Positions 1-10,113 of a stretch of DNA of 51,506 nucleotides are shown here, one piece after another. The notes beneath the pieces were generated by a model. That model saw only the letters and a list, made by a program, of their open reading frames with translations. It was not told where the DNA came from and ran no database searches. The stretch comes from an uncultured Gammaproteobacteria bacterium. Lineage in GTDB: Bacteria > Patescibacteriota > Patescibacteriia > Patescibacteriales > UBA12465. The DNA lies in contig CAZIJG010000006.1 in the NCBI GenBank assembly GCA_964539545.1, forward strand, positions 1-51,506, given 5' to 3'. The translations under genes were made by a program, and so were the position numbers. Each line of letters begins with the position of its first letter. Position 1 is the stretch's first letter.

Positions 1-51
1 TATGTCATACCCTGCTATTTTAGCAGAGTGTTGCACTTACTTGTTGAACCT

Positions 52-71
52 AGGCCGGAGTCGGATTCGAA
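52..71 (-). pseudogene. tRNA 3' fragment (T-loop to discriminator; Cys- or Gly-like), probable att core
   Basis: Minus strand reads TTCGAAT-CCGAC-TCCGGCC-T: T-loop, 3' T-stem, 7-nt acceptor strand and U discriminator. The 5' T-stem (GTCGG) and the rest of the tRNA are absent. Confidence 0.6.
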
Positions 72-183
72 GTGCTAAATGGACTATTAGATATTATTGC
101 TAATACTAGCTAAATTATCGTAATATTAGCGATTATTCTTCCCTGTTCTAAGTCGCCAGAAGTTACCAGCATTTACCACTTTT

Positions 184-214
184 AATCACCTTTCAGTCAC
201 AATAGCGTCACAAT
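184..214. repeat. 11-bp-spaced direct repeats resembling tyrosine-integrase arm-type sites
   Basis: GTCACAAT at 196-203 and 207-214, with ATCAC one period earlier; similar to the lambda Int arm consensus (C/A)AGTCACTAT. Confidence 0.4.
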
Positions 215-281
215 TTTTTGATGCTTAGCAATACAGGGAAAGGTGGTAAATGTGCTATGCCAAAATTGATTTTTAGGTAAG

Positions 282-316
282 AAAAAAACCGCCTTAATAT
301 TACAGACGGTTATTTT
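282..316 (-). terminator. Probable intrinsic terminator of 334..1269
   Basis: AACCG...CGGTT stem with an A-tract on + (U-tract on -) just past the stop codon. Confidence 0.5.
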
Positions 317-333
317 AAATGTACATGTCAAAA

Positions 334-1269
334 TCACATAGAAATTGCTATTTTAATAATTTCTTCAGTAATAATACCACTATTATCACCCTGCGATGTG
401 AGCTTATCAAGCTGATCCAAATTTTGAGCATGCTTTTTACAAGCACCAATTTTCACCTGCACGCGATCAGGTTCATGCTCTCGATAATCAAGACCGGCAC
501 CACGCTGATTAAACATAGCAACGACTCTTTCTCCAGCATCTTTACATTGAACAAATGCAGAAATATTTCTATAAAGACCGGGGTCACCTCCGCAAACAAA
601 GCATCCTGGCGTCTGATCAAGGCCAATACCTCTAGGTTGGAAAAACTCTCCACCGTTTTCAGGCTTCTTGTCTAGTTTTCCGTGCGCAAGTATGCCGCGA
701 CGTGGGTGATCTTGCAATTTAGGATAGACGGTTTCCTCACCAGATCCAATCCCAAATGGAGATTCGCTTAAGCCCTTAGACAATCCAACACAACTGCGTC
801 CACACTCACCATCTCCGCAATACCAAACAACTCCACCTCGACCACTAATAGACGAATGGCCAGATCTGTAACCACAATAGGGACATCCAAATTGTTGTAA
901 TTCTTCTACACTTACCGCGATCGGACTGTTGGTCTCTGCTTTAATTTCACCAGTAGACATTATTTTGTAGAGCATATTAACAAGCGTATTTGTGGGGCTA
1001 TTATACTTATTTTTTAAATATAGCTCCGAAATCTGCGCTTCTTTTTTGGCTACTTCACCTGTCATACGTGCCGGATAAACACAGCCTTTTATACCTTGAC
1101 AGAGACGCATTTGAATACTGTTCCTTACTATTCGACTACCGGTTTGCTTTGCTTGACGAAGTAAATTACGGATATCTCTCTTTGATAGAGGATGATAATT
1201 GGAAATTTTAACTTTAGAGTTAGCATCTATATGCTCATACTCATAATGAACTGTTTTGTTTTTACTCAT
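334..1269 (-). CDS. Hypothetical protein with multiple Cys motifs (possible Zn-binding)
   Basis: 311-aa ORF with CPYC, CGDGEC, CFVC and CKKH motifs; has its own promoter and terminator. Confidence 0.7.
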   Translation of the reverse strand: MSKNKTVHYEYEHIDANSKVKISNYHPLSKRDIRNLLRQAKQTGSRIVRNSIQMRLCQGIKGCVYPARMTGEVAKKEAQISELYLKNKYNSPTNTLVNMLYKIMSTGEIKAETNSPIAVSVEELQQFGCPYCGYRSGHSSISGRGGVVWYCGDGECGRSCVGLSKGLSESPFGIGSGEETVYPKLQDHPRRGILAHGKLDKKPENGGEFFQPRGIGLDQTPGCFVCGGDPGLYRNISAFVQCKDAGERVVAMFNQRGAGLDYREHEPDRVQVKIGACKKHAQNLDQLDKLTSQGDNSGIITEEIIKIAISM

Positions 1270-1311
1270 CTTATTCGTTTTTAAGGTTCAATAATATATC
1301 ATTTATATATC

Positions 1312-1345
1312 AAAAAAGTATACCATTTTGGTATACTTTTGTCAA
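1312..1345 (-). promoter_or_regulatory. Sigma70 promoter with overlapping palindromic operator
   Basis: TTGACA(1345-1340)-17 bp-TATACT(1322-1317); inverted repeat AAAAGTATACCA-ttt-TGGTATACTTTT at 1314-1340. Confidence 0.75.
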
Positions 1346-1446
1346 GACTTGGCTACAAAACTCCAATTGGAGTGTTCTACTAAACCTAGATGTTGCACTT
1401 TGGAATAGAATTTAAGTTTTAATTATAAATTAATATTCTTGTTTAT

Positions 1447-2658
1447 TTATAATTTCTTATATAAACCCTCTAATTTTTTCATATGATCTTTAAGCCCTAA
1501 TTCCCTGGCAGACTCTAAGGCATTATTAGATAACTGTTGTTTGTCTAGTTTTTCAAACTCTCGTAACTTATTAGCTAGATCGTCTGTATCGCCAGCTTTA
1601 AACAATAATCCATTCTTTTTTGGTTCAATTAATTCTGGTAAACCACCGGTCCTAGCAGCAATTACTGGTTTTCCATTTCCCAGCGCTTCAATTAACGAAA
1701 ATGGCATGTTCTCTGGCCAAACAGAAGGCATAATTACGGCCTGAGAGCCTGCTATAACCTGTTTCAAGTCATTATCATATAGAACGCCGGTAAACTCGAT
1801 TTTATCTTCTAGGTTGGCTTCTTTTACCATCTGTTTTAACTTATCTTTTTCTGGTCCTTCTCCCACAATCTTCAGCTTAGTATTCTGCTCGGTCTTACCA
1901 TAGGCAGTAATTAAATCATTAATTCCTTTCTCATTGGATAAACGACCAAAATACAACCAGTAATCTCCGGGCTTAGCTTCTTTAACTATCTCATCATCTT
2001 CAATGAAGTTATGAAGAACTTCAATTTTCTCTTCTGGAATACCAAAACGTACACAAACTTTTTTCATAAAATGACTCGGGGCAATGTATAGATCAATATT
2101 TTTATCATAAATATTTAAAAAATAATGATGAATTAGATATTCCAAAGAAACTAAGAAACTTTGGATATAAGAATCTTTAAAATATTTCTTAGTAGCACAC
2201 CGATAAAATCTAGAACCACAGGCATCCCAGATGGTTCTACCTCGGCTATACATCTGATAATTAGGGCAAACTAGCTTATAATCATGTAGAGTCATAACAA
2301 TTTTAGCTCCAGCTTTTTTAGCCACCGGCAAAATTGATGGTGATATATGATGATAGATATTATGCAAATGCACTATATCTGGTTTAAAATCTTCAACTAG
2401 CTTTTCAAAGTTAACTCTAGCTTCTCGGCTATATATTATTCTTCTTGGTATCTTAATTATGTCTCTAAGCCTTAAATGACTGAAACTTAAGCGAGAAATG
2501 AAATATTTGCTCCAAGAACTCTCTTGATTTCTAGGATGTTCCATAGAAAAATTAGCCACTTGGTGACCATTCTTTTCTAGAGCCTTGGAAACAGTTAAAT
2601 AATATTTCTCAGCTCCTCCTCTTAGATAATGAAATTTGTTAACTTGGATTATTCGCAT
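1447..2658 (-). CDS. Glycosyltransferase family 4
   Basis: GGAE N-terminus, PDIVHLHN, GRLSNEKG and ENMPFSLIEA (EX7E) motifs. Confidence 0.93.
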   Translation of the reverse strand: MRIIQVNKFHYLRGGAEKYYLTVSKALEKNGHQVANFSMEHPRNQESSWSKYFISRLSFSHLRLRDIIKIPRRIIYSREARVNFEKLVEDFKPDIVHLHNIYHHISPSILPVAKKAGAKIVMTLHDYKLVCPNYQMYSRGRTIWDACGSRFYRCATKKYFKDSYIQSFLVSLEYLIHHYFLNIYDKNIDLYIAPSHFMKKVCVRFGIPEEKIEVLHNFIEDDEIVKEAKPGDYWLYFGRLSNEKGINDLITAYGKTEQNTKLKIVGEGPEKDKLKQMVKEANLEDKIEFTGVLYDNDLKQVIAGSQAVIMPSVWPENMPFSLIEALGNGKPVIAARTGGLPELIEPKKNGLLFKAGDTDDLANKLREFEKLDKQQLSNNALESARELGLKDHMKKLEGLYKKL

Positions 2659-3745
2659 GCCGAGCTAATTTTTTATACACCTTCTCGTATTCACGAGCAA
2701 TGGTGACTATATTAAATTTTTCTTCTACCGTATTTCGAATATTATGTCTGAGACCTTTAATTCTATCCGTATTATAATAGTTCATCACAAAAATCATTTT
2801 AGTGGCTAATTCTCTATCATTACCCTTTTCAAAAGTAAGACCATTATATTTATCTTTTATAATTTCTTTTAGACCATCAACCCGTGAAACAATTATTGGT
2901 AAATTAACAGCTCCAGCTTCTAAAGCTACTAAACCTAGCCCTTCCCAATTTGATGGAATAACTGAAGCATCTAAACGTTTATAGAAATCGTAGGCGTTTC
3001 TTCGGCCCACCAACTTAACCTTGCCCACTAAACCTAAATTTTTAATTTGTTGCTCTAAACTATCTTTTAAATGGCCATCACCGGCAATGAAACATCTAAA
3101 TTCCCTATCTTTAATTCTGCTAATAGCTTTTAATAATACTGAAAAGCCTTTTTGTTCAGTTAATCTACCAACAGCACCAAAGAGAAATGGTTCACCGGCT
3201 TCCTTAATCTTATTAGCAGGAAATTCTTCTAAATCAATGCCATTAAGAATAACCTGAATTCTATTCTGATCATATTTATATCTCTTAGCCGCATCATCTT
3301 TTACAGCCTGAGAAATAGCAATCACTTTAGCACTATTTCTGAGACCCCAAGCTTTTAACTTACTAATAAATTTAGACTCAGAAACATTAACATTCTGCAC
3401 AACAGAAATATGTTGTTTAACGCCAGCCAATTTAGAGGCTAGGGCCCCGTAGAATATACCACCTAGCTGACTATGTACTACATCTGGCTTTATCTTCTTT
3501 ATAGCCTTAGTTAACTGAAGGATATTAAGAATATCTAATTTAAATCGTTTCTTTAAAACAATAACCTCAGCTAGCTGACTAGCTTCTTCATAAAAATATC
3601 CGCCTTCTTTAAAACAAATTAAATAGGGCTCAAATATTTCCTTATCTAAAGCTTTTAACAAATTAACCGTTAGTTTCTCTGCTCCACCCGAATAAAGAGT
3701 AGGCAGAACTAAAACTAATTTAATTTTTCTTTGATTTTTTTCCAT
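2639..3745 (-). CDS. Glycosyltransferase family 4
   Basis: GGAEK, VGRLTEQKG and EGLGLVALEA motifs. Confidence 0.93.
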   Translation of the reverse strand: MEKNQRKIKLVLVLPTLYSGGAEKLTVNLLKALDKEIFEPYLICFKEGGYFYEEASQLAEVIVLKKRFKLDILNILQLTKAIKKIKPDVVHSQLGGIFYGALASKLAGVKQHISVVQNVNVSESKFISKLKAWGLRNSAKVIAISQAVKDDAAKRYKYDQNRIQVILNGIDLEEFPANKIKEAGEPFLFGAVGRLTEQKGFSVLLKAISRIKDREFRCFIAGDGHLKDSLEQQIKNLGLVGKVKLVGRRNAYDFYKRLDASVIPSNWEGLGLVALEAGAVNLPIIVSRVDGLKEIIKDKYNGLTFEKGNDRELATKMIFVMNYYNTDRIKGLRHNIRNTVEEKFNIVTIAREYEKVYKKLARHANNPS

Positions 3746-5075
3746 GTTTGTATTTGATTACTTCGATAGCAGCTAAAGTAATAGCAATTGGAAGCCAAAC
3801 CTTACCTTTATAATATGAAGTATTAAAAAATTGAAATAAAAAGGCTCCCAATGAGCCCGCTACTAACGGTAATAGCAAATCTCTCTCCATTACATACTTA
3901 TTTACCGCTCTAAACATTCTAATAAATATAGTTAGAACAAAAATCAAAAAAGCTAGAGTTCCTAATAATCCATTCTCAGCTAATACTTTTTGCCAAACCC
4001 CGTGGGAATCCAAGGGATCACCATATTTAGCTCTGAAACGTACGTCATCAGTGACCAGGCCGAAGAAGCTACCTGTTCCTTGTCCTAATAAAGGTTTATC
4101 CTGTAGATTCTCCAAGGCAATCTCAGTTAGGTGCCAACGATTTTCCGTAGAGCTAGTATTCTCCTTCTGCAAATTAAGCATATGCAAAGTGATCGGAGTT
4201 GAAACAATAATTAAAATCAACGTAATTAAAATAAAATGTTTTCTTATAAAACTATGCTGAGTATAATTTAAAAATACAAAACCTTGAATGGCTAAGATAA
4301 TCCAAGCAGAACGAGAAAAAGTGCCAATAGCTATAATAGCTAAAAATATAAACAACCAATTCAATCCTACTTTAGTTTTCGCTTTAGCCCAATGTTTTAG
4401 AGCTAGAGCAAAAAAAGCCGCCATAACTAGAAATTCAGCAATCAGGTTATGATTATCACCAAAGATAAAAACCCCGCCTACAGCCATTGGCTCAATACGG
4501 AAAAAAGCCTCTTGCCAATCTTGTCCCCAAAGAGACAATAAACCAACAAGTGATACTGCTACAGCAGAAATAACCAAAACTATTAAGGATCTCTTTAATA
4601 TTCGCTCAGACTTAATTATATTATATGGTAAGCATATATAGGCTAAATAAAAGAACAGTATCCAACGCACTGCATACCATACACTAAACTCAATATAATT
4701 ACTTAATAAACTAGACAATATTGCCAAACCAAAAAATAATAGAAATTTCTTAACCAATGGAGCTCGCCAACCAGAACGACCGGTAGTTAATAATTGATAA
4801 AAACTTTGCAGAACAAAACCGCTTAGAACTAGGACCCCAACTAAATCGATAAACGGTATTACTAATGGACCAACAAAAAAGTCCCAATGAATTAACGGCA
4901 GAGCCAAAATTAAAACATAGAGGCCAATCTCGTTCTTCCACCAAAATATTAACCAAAAAACAATTACTGCTAAAGCTAATAAACTCCAAGTGGGATTAGT
5001 ATAGCTTAAAGCTAACAACCCTCCAAATATTAAGGCGCTAATTATTAACCAGGTTTTTCTTATATAAGAATTCAT
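3720..5075 (-). CDS. O-antigen ligase/Wzy-like polymerase
   Basis: Polytopic membrane protein with TFSRSAW, PLLGQGTG and HGVWQKVLAENGLLG (Wzy_C-like). Start moved to the ATG of MNSY. Confidence 0.85.
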   Translation of the reverse strand: MNSYIRKTWLIISALIFGGLLALSYTNPTWSLLALAVIVFWLIFWWKNEIGLYVLILALPLIHWDFFVGPLVIPFIDLVGVLVLSGFVLQSFYQLLTTGRSGWRAPLVKKFLLFFGLAILSSLLSNYIEFSVWYAVRWILFFYLAYICLPYNIIKSERILKRSLIVLVISAVAVSLVGLLSLWGQDWQEAFFRIEPMAVGGVFIFGDNHNLIAEFLVMAAFFALALKHWAKAKTKVGLNWLFIFLAIIAIGTFSRSAWIILAIQGFVFLNYTQHSFIRKHFILITLILIIVSTPITLHMLNLQKENTSSTENRWHLTEIALENLQDKPLLGQGTGSFFGLVTDDVRFRAKYGDPLDSHGVWQKVLAENGLLGTLAFLIFVLTIFIRMFRAVNKYVMERDLLLPLVAGSLGAFLFQFFNTSYYKGKVWLPIAITLAAIEVIKYKHGKKSKKN

Positions 5076-5128
5076 AATATTTATAAATAACACCCTATAT
5101 TAACACTAATAACAGAATAAACCAATAG

Positions 5129-7054
5129 TTATTCAAAACTCACATTAAAGACTTTATCGCTATCTATTTCACTTTCCCAGCTGATTTCACCATGGTCTTT
5201 TATTAACTCTGCTCCTAGACTCGGATAGAAACTAGCTATTCGATAATCCTCTTCTAAATCTAACTTAACTTCCGCCTGCCAGTAGCTGCCCGGTTGTTTT
5301 TGTATATAAAGATTATAATTCTGAGCAATGATTCCTTTATCTAAAGTGTAGTTAATAACTATATCCTTATCCGTAGAAGCATCTACAGAAATAAATCCGG
5401 AAACCACTGTTTTGTCCAAATTAGTATCTTTTTCTACCTTGAAATCCTGACTAAATCCTTCCTGTGAAACATTTTCAGCTAAAATTGGTAGATATATTCT
5501 AGTTAGACTACGATAGCGACTAGTTCTCCAATCAATACCGCCACCATGAGAATAATTCAACTTTAATTTAGCAACAAAATTATCATCCACCTCTTTCAAA
5601 ATATATTCTAAAGTTTTAGTCATTACAGCGTCGGTTTTTAAAGCCGCTAAATTGGCATCTACTATCATTAAATAATCCTTATCTACAGATTGTATTTCTC
5701 CAGCCCAATTCAAATTAGAAACAATACCATGGGCATAGAGATCTTTAAAATACATAATAATGTCTTTTTCTTCCAAATTATTTATTACTGTCTGCAATAA
5801 GTATGGCCAATCATTAGATGACAAAGCCATTAAACGAGTCTCAATAATTCCTAGAAGTTCGCCAATTACATCTTTACGATCCCAACTAGAGATTCCTTTT
5901 TCTCTGTAAGCCATCTCTACTTGATATTGCAATTGATGATGAAAATTTTCTGAATTATATATTTGACCATCTACTTCAATGGCGCCTACAATTTTTAACA
6001 AATCAGCTACTACCTGTGGGGTAATGCCAATAACAACATCAAATTGACCGTTATATGGTGATGGCTTGTCACTAGGCCAAACTGAAACAATCTCTCTATA
6101 TATCTCTTCAATTTTTTGAGCTGAAGTAGGCCAATCTGGAGACCAATTAGCGTCACGGAGATACCACTTCTCTACTCCTAGATATTTAGCCAACGGAGTT
6201 GGCGGTATAGTATTCAACCTATCCTGAACCGGCATGTCTAAATGATAACTATCAGCAGTAATAATTACTTCTACCTGACCTCGATTAGTTCTAAGCACAG
6301 AATAAGAACCCAGGAAACCACCGGTAGGCCTCATTTCATCACTATTCTGTAATAACACCAAAAAAGTAGTGGGCTTAGGATAACCAATAAACTGAGGAGA
6401 TAGTTCTAATAACGGTAAAGATTTCTCAGTCAAAAACCAAGCTGAGGTTAAATCATTCTTTATAGACTCAAAACGATTACTAATTGGCGTTAACCAACCT
6501 CTTAACTCTACAAATTCTAAACGATTAACTGCTAAATCTAAATTTGCCTTTAAACCATTAATTTCCGGCAAGGCTTGAACAAATTTTATTAATACCTGAC
6601 TCTTCTTCACTACATCTAAATCTTGAAAGTTGATTTCATCTTCTAATAATTCCTCAAAGCTAACTGCCAAGTCTGAAGCTGTAACCAAACTACCAGACAC
6701 AGCCTGACCAATTTCCAATAACTCCTCAATCTGTTCTAACTCTTCATAGTTATTGAATAATTTACTAATTCTTTTAGATTTTAAACCAGCTAAATCTACC
6801 AAAGCCTTTTGGATAGACTGTTCGGCCTCTATAGATTTTTCTTTAGCAGTAACAAAGTCTTGTAATTGAAAACTATTAACCGCCTGTTCTAAATGATTCT
6901 TAGTAGTCCAACTAGAGTCAATGAAGGCCTGGGCCTGATAGGCAAACAGGCCACCAGAAATGAGAACAAAAACGACTATTGCTAGTATTAAATAAAAAAA
7001 GAATCTGAAATTTTTCCAGATATTAAAACGTTTTTTGGAACTATTATTTTCCAT
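5129..7054 (-). CDS. DUF4012-like membrane-anchored protein
   Basis: N-terminal TM, helical stalk, QNSDEMRPTGGFLGSY and RDANWSPDWP motifs. Confidence 0.85.
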   Translation of the reverse strand: MENNSSKKRFNIWKNFRFFFYLILAIVVFVLISGGLFAYQAQAFIDSSWTTKNHLEQAVNSFQLQDFVTAKEKSIEAEQSIQKALVDLAGLKSKRISKLFNNYEELEQIEELLEIGQAVSGSLVTASDLAVSFEELLEDEINFQDLDVVKKSQVLIKFVQALPEINGLKANLDLAVNRLEFVELRGWLTPISNRFESIKNDLTSAWFLTEKSLPLLELSPQFIGYPKPTTFLVLLQNSDEMRPTGGFLGSYSVLRTNRGQVEVIITADSYHLDMPVQDRLNTIPPTPLAKYLGVEKWYLRDANWSPDWPTSAQKIEEIYREIVSVWPSDKPSPYNGQFDVVIGITPQVVADLLKIVGAIEVDGQIYNSENFHHQLQYQVEMAYREKGISSWDRKDVIGELLGIIETRLMALSSNDWPYLLQTVINNLEEKDIIMYFKDLYAHGIVSNLNWAGEIQSVDKDYLMIVDANLAALKTDAVMTKTLEYILKEVDDNFVAKLKLNYSHGGGIDWRTSRYRSLTRIYLPILAENVSQEGFSQDFKVEKDTNLDKTVVSGFISVDASTDKDIVINYTLDKGIIAQNYNLYIQKQPGSYWQAEVKLDLEEDYRIASFYPSLGAELIKDHGEISWESEIDSDKVFNVSFE

Positions 7055-7058
7055 ATTA

Positions 7059-7748
7059 TTATTTCTTTATTTCATTTACCAAAATAATATTTTTTTCTCG
7101 TAAGATATTATATATAAAAATGTCTGCAATCTCTTGACGATATTTAAATTCAGTTAAACCCATGGTAGTGTAGTTTACTTCTCTGCCTAAATCTTGCTCT
7201 AGCTCATTAATAATCTTAGATAATTTCTCTTTTTTTATTCTACCTACTAATAAAATGTCTGTCGGAGAAGATTGGTTAATAAATAAACCAGTTAATAACA
7301 ACAATTTAGGCTGACATAGTTTTTGCAATTTTTTGATAAAACTATAACCAGATAAAATTTGTGATTTTATTATCAAAGCTCGAATCTCTGGATAGAGAAC
7401 AAATTTTTTGTTCACTTGATAGTATTTTTTATCTTGCCTCTTATCTCCTACCTTCGGTTTCTTAGGTTTAGAAAATTCTTCGATTCTTGCTAAACGCTCC
7501 TCATCACCGGACAAACCTTTTAAATCCAACTCTAAAAGTTGACGATCTGCAGGCTTAAAATTGGATGGATCAGCTAATAATAGCCCGAATTTCTCTAGGT
7601 TTTCCAGTTCTCGACGCACAGAATTAACCTGCAACTTTAAGTCACGGGCTAGTTGTCTGATAAAATAACGTTCATCAGGATTCAACAAAAATAGTTTTAA
7701 AATTTTTACTCTGGCCTTGGAACCAAATATTTGATTAAGCATGTTCAT
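7059..7748 (-). CDS. Winged-helix regulator with degenerate nucleotidyltransferase-like C-terminus
   Basis: FGSKARVKIL...RQLAR...NSVRRELENL HTH; C-terminal DILLVG...GREVNYT. Confidence 0.75.
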   Translation of the reverse strand: MNMLNQIFGSKARVKILKLFLLNPDERYFIRQLARDLKLQVNSVRRELENLEKFGLLLADPSNFKPADRQLLELDLKGLSGDEERLARIEEFSKPKKPKVGDKRQDKKYYQVNKKFVLYPEIRALIIKSQILSGYSFIKKLQKLCQPKLLLLTGLFINQSSPTDILLVGRIKKEKLSKIINELEQDLGREVNYTTMGLTEFKYRQEIADIFIYNILREKNIILVNEIKK

Positions 7749-7816
7749 TGTTTTATATTTTGCCTTTTTATAGTATAATATAAAGCAGGAAAAGTCAAAA
7801 GTAAGAGACTATTTTT

Positions 7817-10063
7817 ATGCCGAATAAAATTGCTGGTTTTACACTAAATTCTTCAGAAAAAAACCATCTAACTAGTGAAATTTTTGTAGCTCAGCCAGAC
7901 AGTTTAAAAGAAAGACTGGCCGGTAAGTTGTTTGCGTTATTTGAAATAGAGGGTAAACGCTCAGAAGCTCTTCGGTTGTCTGATTTTCTAGTAGATTCTC
8001 TAAATCGCAACTACTATGAAGACGAAAAGGTTCTATTAAGAGAAAAACTGGATAATTTAAAGATAGAAAACATCTTTGAGGCGGTTTTAAGCAAAGTTAA
8101 TCAAGAAACTGCAGAATTTATTGAAGAAGAAAAAATTAAACTAGAAATAAGAAACCTAAATATTACCGTAGGAGTAGCTTTTAACAATGAAATATACTTT
8201 ACTCATACCGGTCATAATCATTGTTTTGTTATTTATAAAAAAGAAGATAAATATGAAACTTTAAAAGTTTCTCAAGATAAACCAGAAGAAAATGTCATTC
8301 TTAGCTTTGATAAACTCTTTACGAGTGTTATCAGCGGTGATATTCCACCTGGTTCATTTTTTATTTTAAGTAATGAAGCTTTGGCTGAATATATCTCTAG
8401 TGAGACCTTGAAAGAGATTATCACCGTTTTACCGCCAATTAGCGCTACTGAACAAATAAAGAACCGTTTAAAACAAATTAACACCTATGTGCCCTTCTCT
8501 GGCATTATTATTAAAAATACTTTTGGCCAAACTGAAACTGAAAGTATTACAGACTCTCAGGGTTCAATCGCCAGTCTACAACATACCGAGGAAAAAACTG
8601 CTAAAATACTATCTTCGGCTGGTATTATAAATAGCCGTAAAATTAAAAAAGCTTGTAAGTTTATTATTAATAAAATTAAACCTAAAAAGAAAGATCCGGC
8701 TATAATAGTGTCTAAAAGAGAGGAAATGCCAATTCCTCAGTCCCTGGCTCCAACTATAGTACCAAAACCAACTAAAAATAAACGGCCATCACTAGACTTA
8801 AAGGAAAAATTCTTCTTCAAGAAAAAAGAAGGTTATATGTCCTGGTTGAAGAAACTATCTTTTGTTACTTTCTTATCAAATCCTAAACATTGGAAAAATT
8901 GGGGTAAGAAAATACAAACTTTAACACCTTTCAAGCTAGCCGGAAAGAATCGAGCCATCTTTGCTGTTCTAACTATACTAATTATAGTTTTCTTAGTTAA
9001 TCTAGGCATAACTAACTATCGACATAAACAACAAGAAAAAAAACAGGTTTATAACGAAGCTACTACTGCCATTGAACAAAAACAAAACCAAATTGATTCA
9101 TATTTACTATATAGCAATGAAGAAGCAGCTAAAACACTATTGCAACAAACCAGAGATTTAATTACTGCCCTACCTCAAGACAAGCAATATCAAAAAGAAA
9201 ATCATGCTAAATATTTAGAAAAATCTGATTCTCAATCTACAATTGTTAGACGAGTTATAACAACTAAACCTCAAGAAATTGTTACCCTTCCTAGCAATGC
9301 TGAAGATCTAGATCTAATCAACGGCAAACTATACGCTTCTAGCGCTAACGACAAAAAACTGTATTTAATTGATCCTGAACAAAAAAGTTTAGAAAGCCTA
9401 GATATTAACCAGAAAATTAACCATTTAGACTTCCCTTCAGTAGATCGTTATAACAACCTATATTATCTTAATGGCAGCAACTTAATACAAATTCTATTAC
9501 CAGAAAAAGAGTTATCTACTATTAACTTTGATTTACCAGAAAATCATGGTGAAATATCTGCTATGGCTAGCTATCTTAATAATTTCTATTTAGCAGATAA
9601 AGACAAAGGCCAGGTATACAAATATAGCAAAACAGCTACTGGCGTCAAATTCGCTGGTAACTGGATTAAAAATCCAGAAGATCTCCCAAGGCCAATTGAT
9701 TTAGCTATCGACGGTGATATATATTTCCTAAACAGTTCTGGCGAAATATCCAAGTTCCATAGAAATGCAGAAGAATCTACAGCCAATCGAGAAGAGTTTA
9801 ATATAGATAGCATAGAACCAGTCGTCACGCAGGCTGATAAATTATTATTAACTGATAGCGCTATATATATATTCGAACCTACACAAAAAAGATTAATTAA
9901 ATTTATTTTCACTGACACTGAAAAACAATATGGAGATTTCAAAGCTCAATATCAACTAGAGTTAGACAACTTGCAAGATGTTATTGTAGAGGAAGATAGT
10001 AATAAAGCTTATATTCTCGCTAGTAACAAGATATATAGCATTAATCTAAATACTCTTAAATAA
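7817..10063 (+). CDS. Membrane protein: degenerate PP2C-like N-domain, TM, coiled coil, NHL/beta-propeller C-domain
   Basis: 748 aa; single TM near residue 380-400; repeats such as NFYLAD and DLAIDGDIYFL. Confidence 0.65.
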   Translation: MPNKIAGFTLNSSEKNHLTSEIFVAQPDSLKERLAGKLFALFEIEGKRSEALRLSDFLVDSLNRNYYEDEKVLLREKLDNLKIENIFEAVLSKVNQETAEFIEEEKIKLEIRNLNITVGVAFNNEIYFTHTGHNHCFVIYKKEDKYETLKVSQDKPEENVILSFDKLFTSVISGDIPPGSFFILSNEALAEYISSETLKEIITVLPPISATEQIKNRLKQINTYVPFSGIIIKNTFGQTETESITDSQGSIASLQHTEEKTAKILSSAGIINSRKIKKACKFIINKIKPKKKDPAIIVSKREEMPIPQSLAPTIVPKPTKNKRPSLDLKEKFFFKKKEGYMSWLKKLSFVTFLSNPKHWKNWGKKIQTLTPFKLAGKNRAIFAVLTILIIVFLVNLGITNYRHKQQEKKQVYNEATTAIEQKQNQIDSYLLYSNEEAAKTLLQQTRDLITALPQDKQYQKENHAKYLEKSDSQSTIVRRVITTKPQEIVTLPSNAEDLDLINGKLYASSANDKKLYLIDPEQKSLESLDINQKINHLDFPSVDRYNNLYYLNGSNLIQILLPEKELSTINFDLPENHGEISAMASYLNNFYLADKDKGQVYKYSKTATGVKFAGNWIKNPEDLPRPIDLAIDGDIYFLNSSGEISKFHRNAEESTANREEFNIDSIEPVVTQADKLLLTDSAIYIFEPTQKRLIKFIFTDTEKQYGDFKAQYQLELDNLQDVIVEEDSNKAYILASNKIYSINLNTLK

Positions 10064-10082
10064 AAACAGTCAAATAATAAAG

Positions 10083-10110
10083 AAAGACCGTTAAATACGG
10101 TCTTTTTTTT
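10083..10110. terminator. Bidirectional intrinsic terminator
   Basis: AAAGACCGT-taaat-ACGGTCTTT plus T-run, between convergent genes. Confidence 0.8.
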
Positions 10111-10113
10111 ATT

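Noticed and set aside
26-1400. Shared words TGTTGCACTT and AACCTAG at about 29-53 and 1384-1400 as a target-site duplication
   Set aside because: Short and in different order at the two sites; cannot be distinguished from chance.
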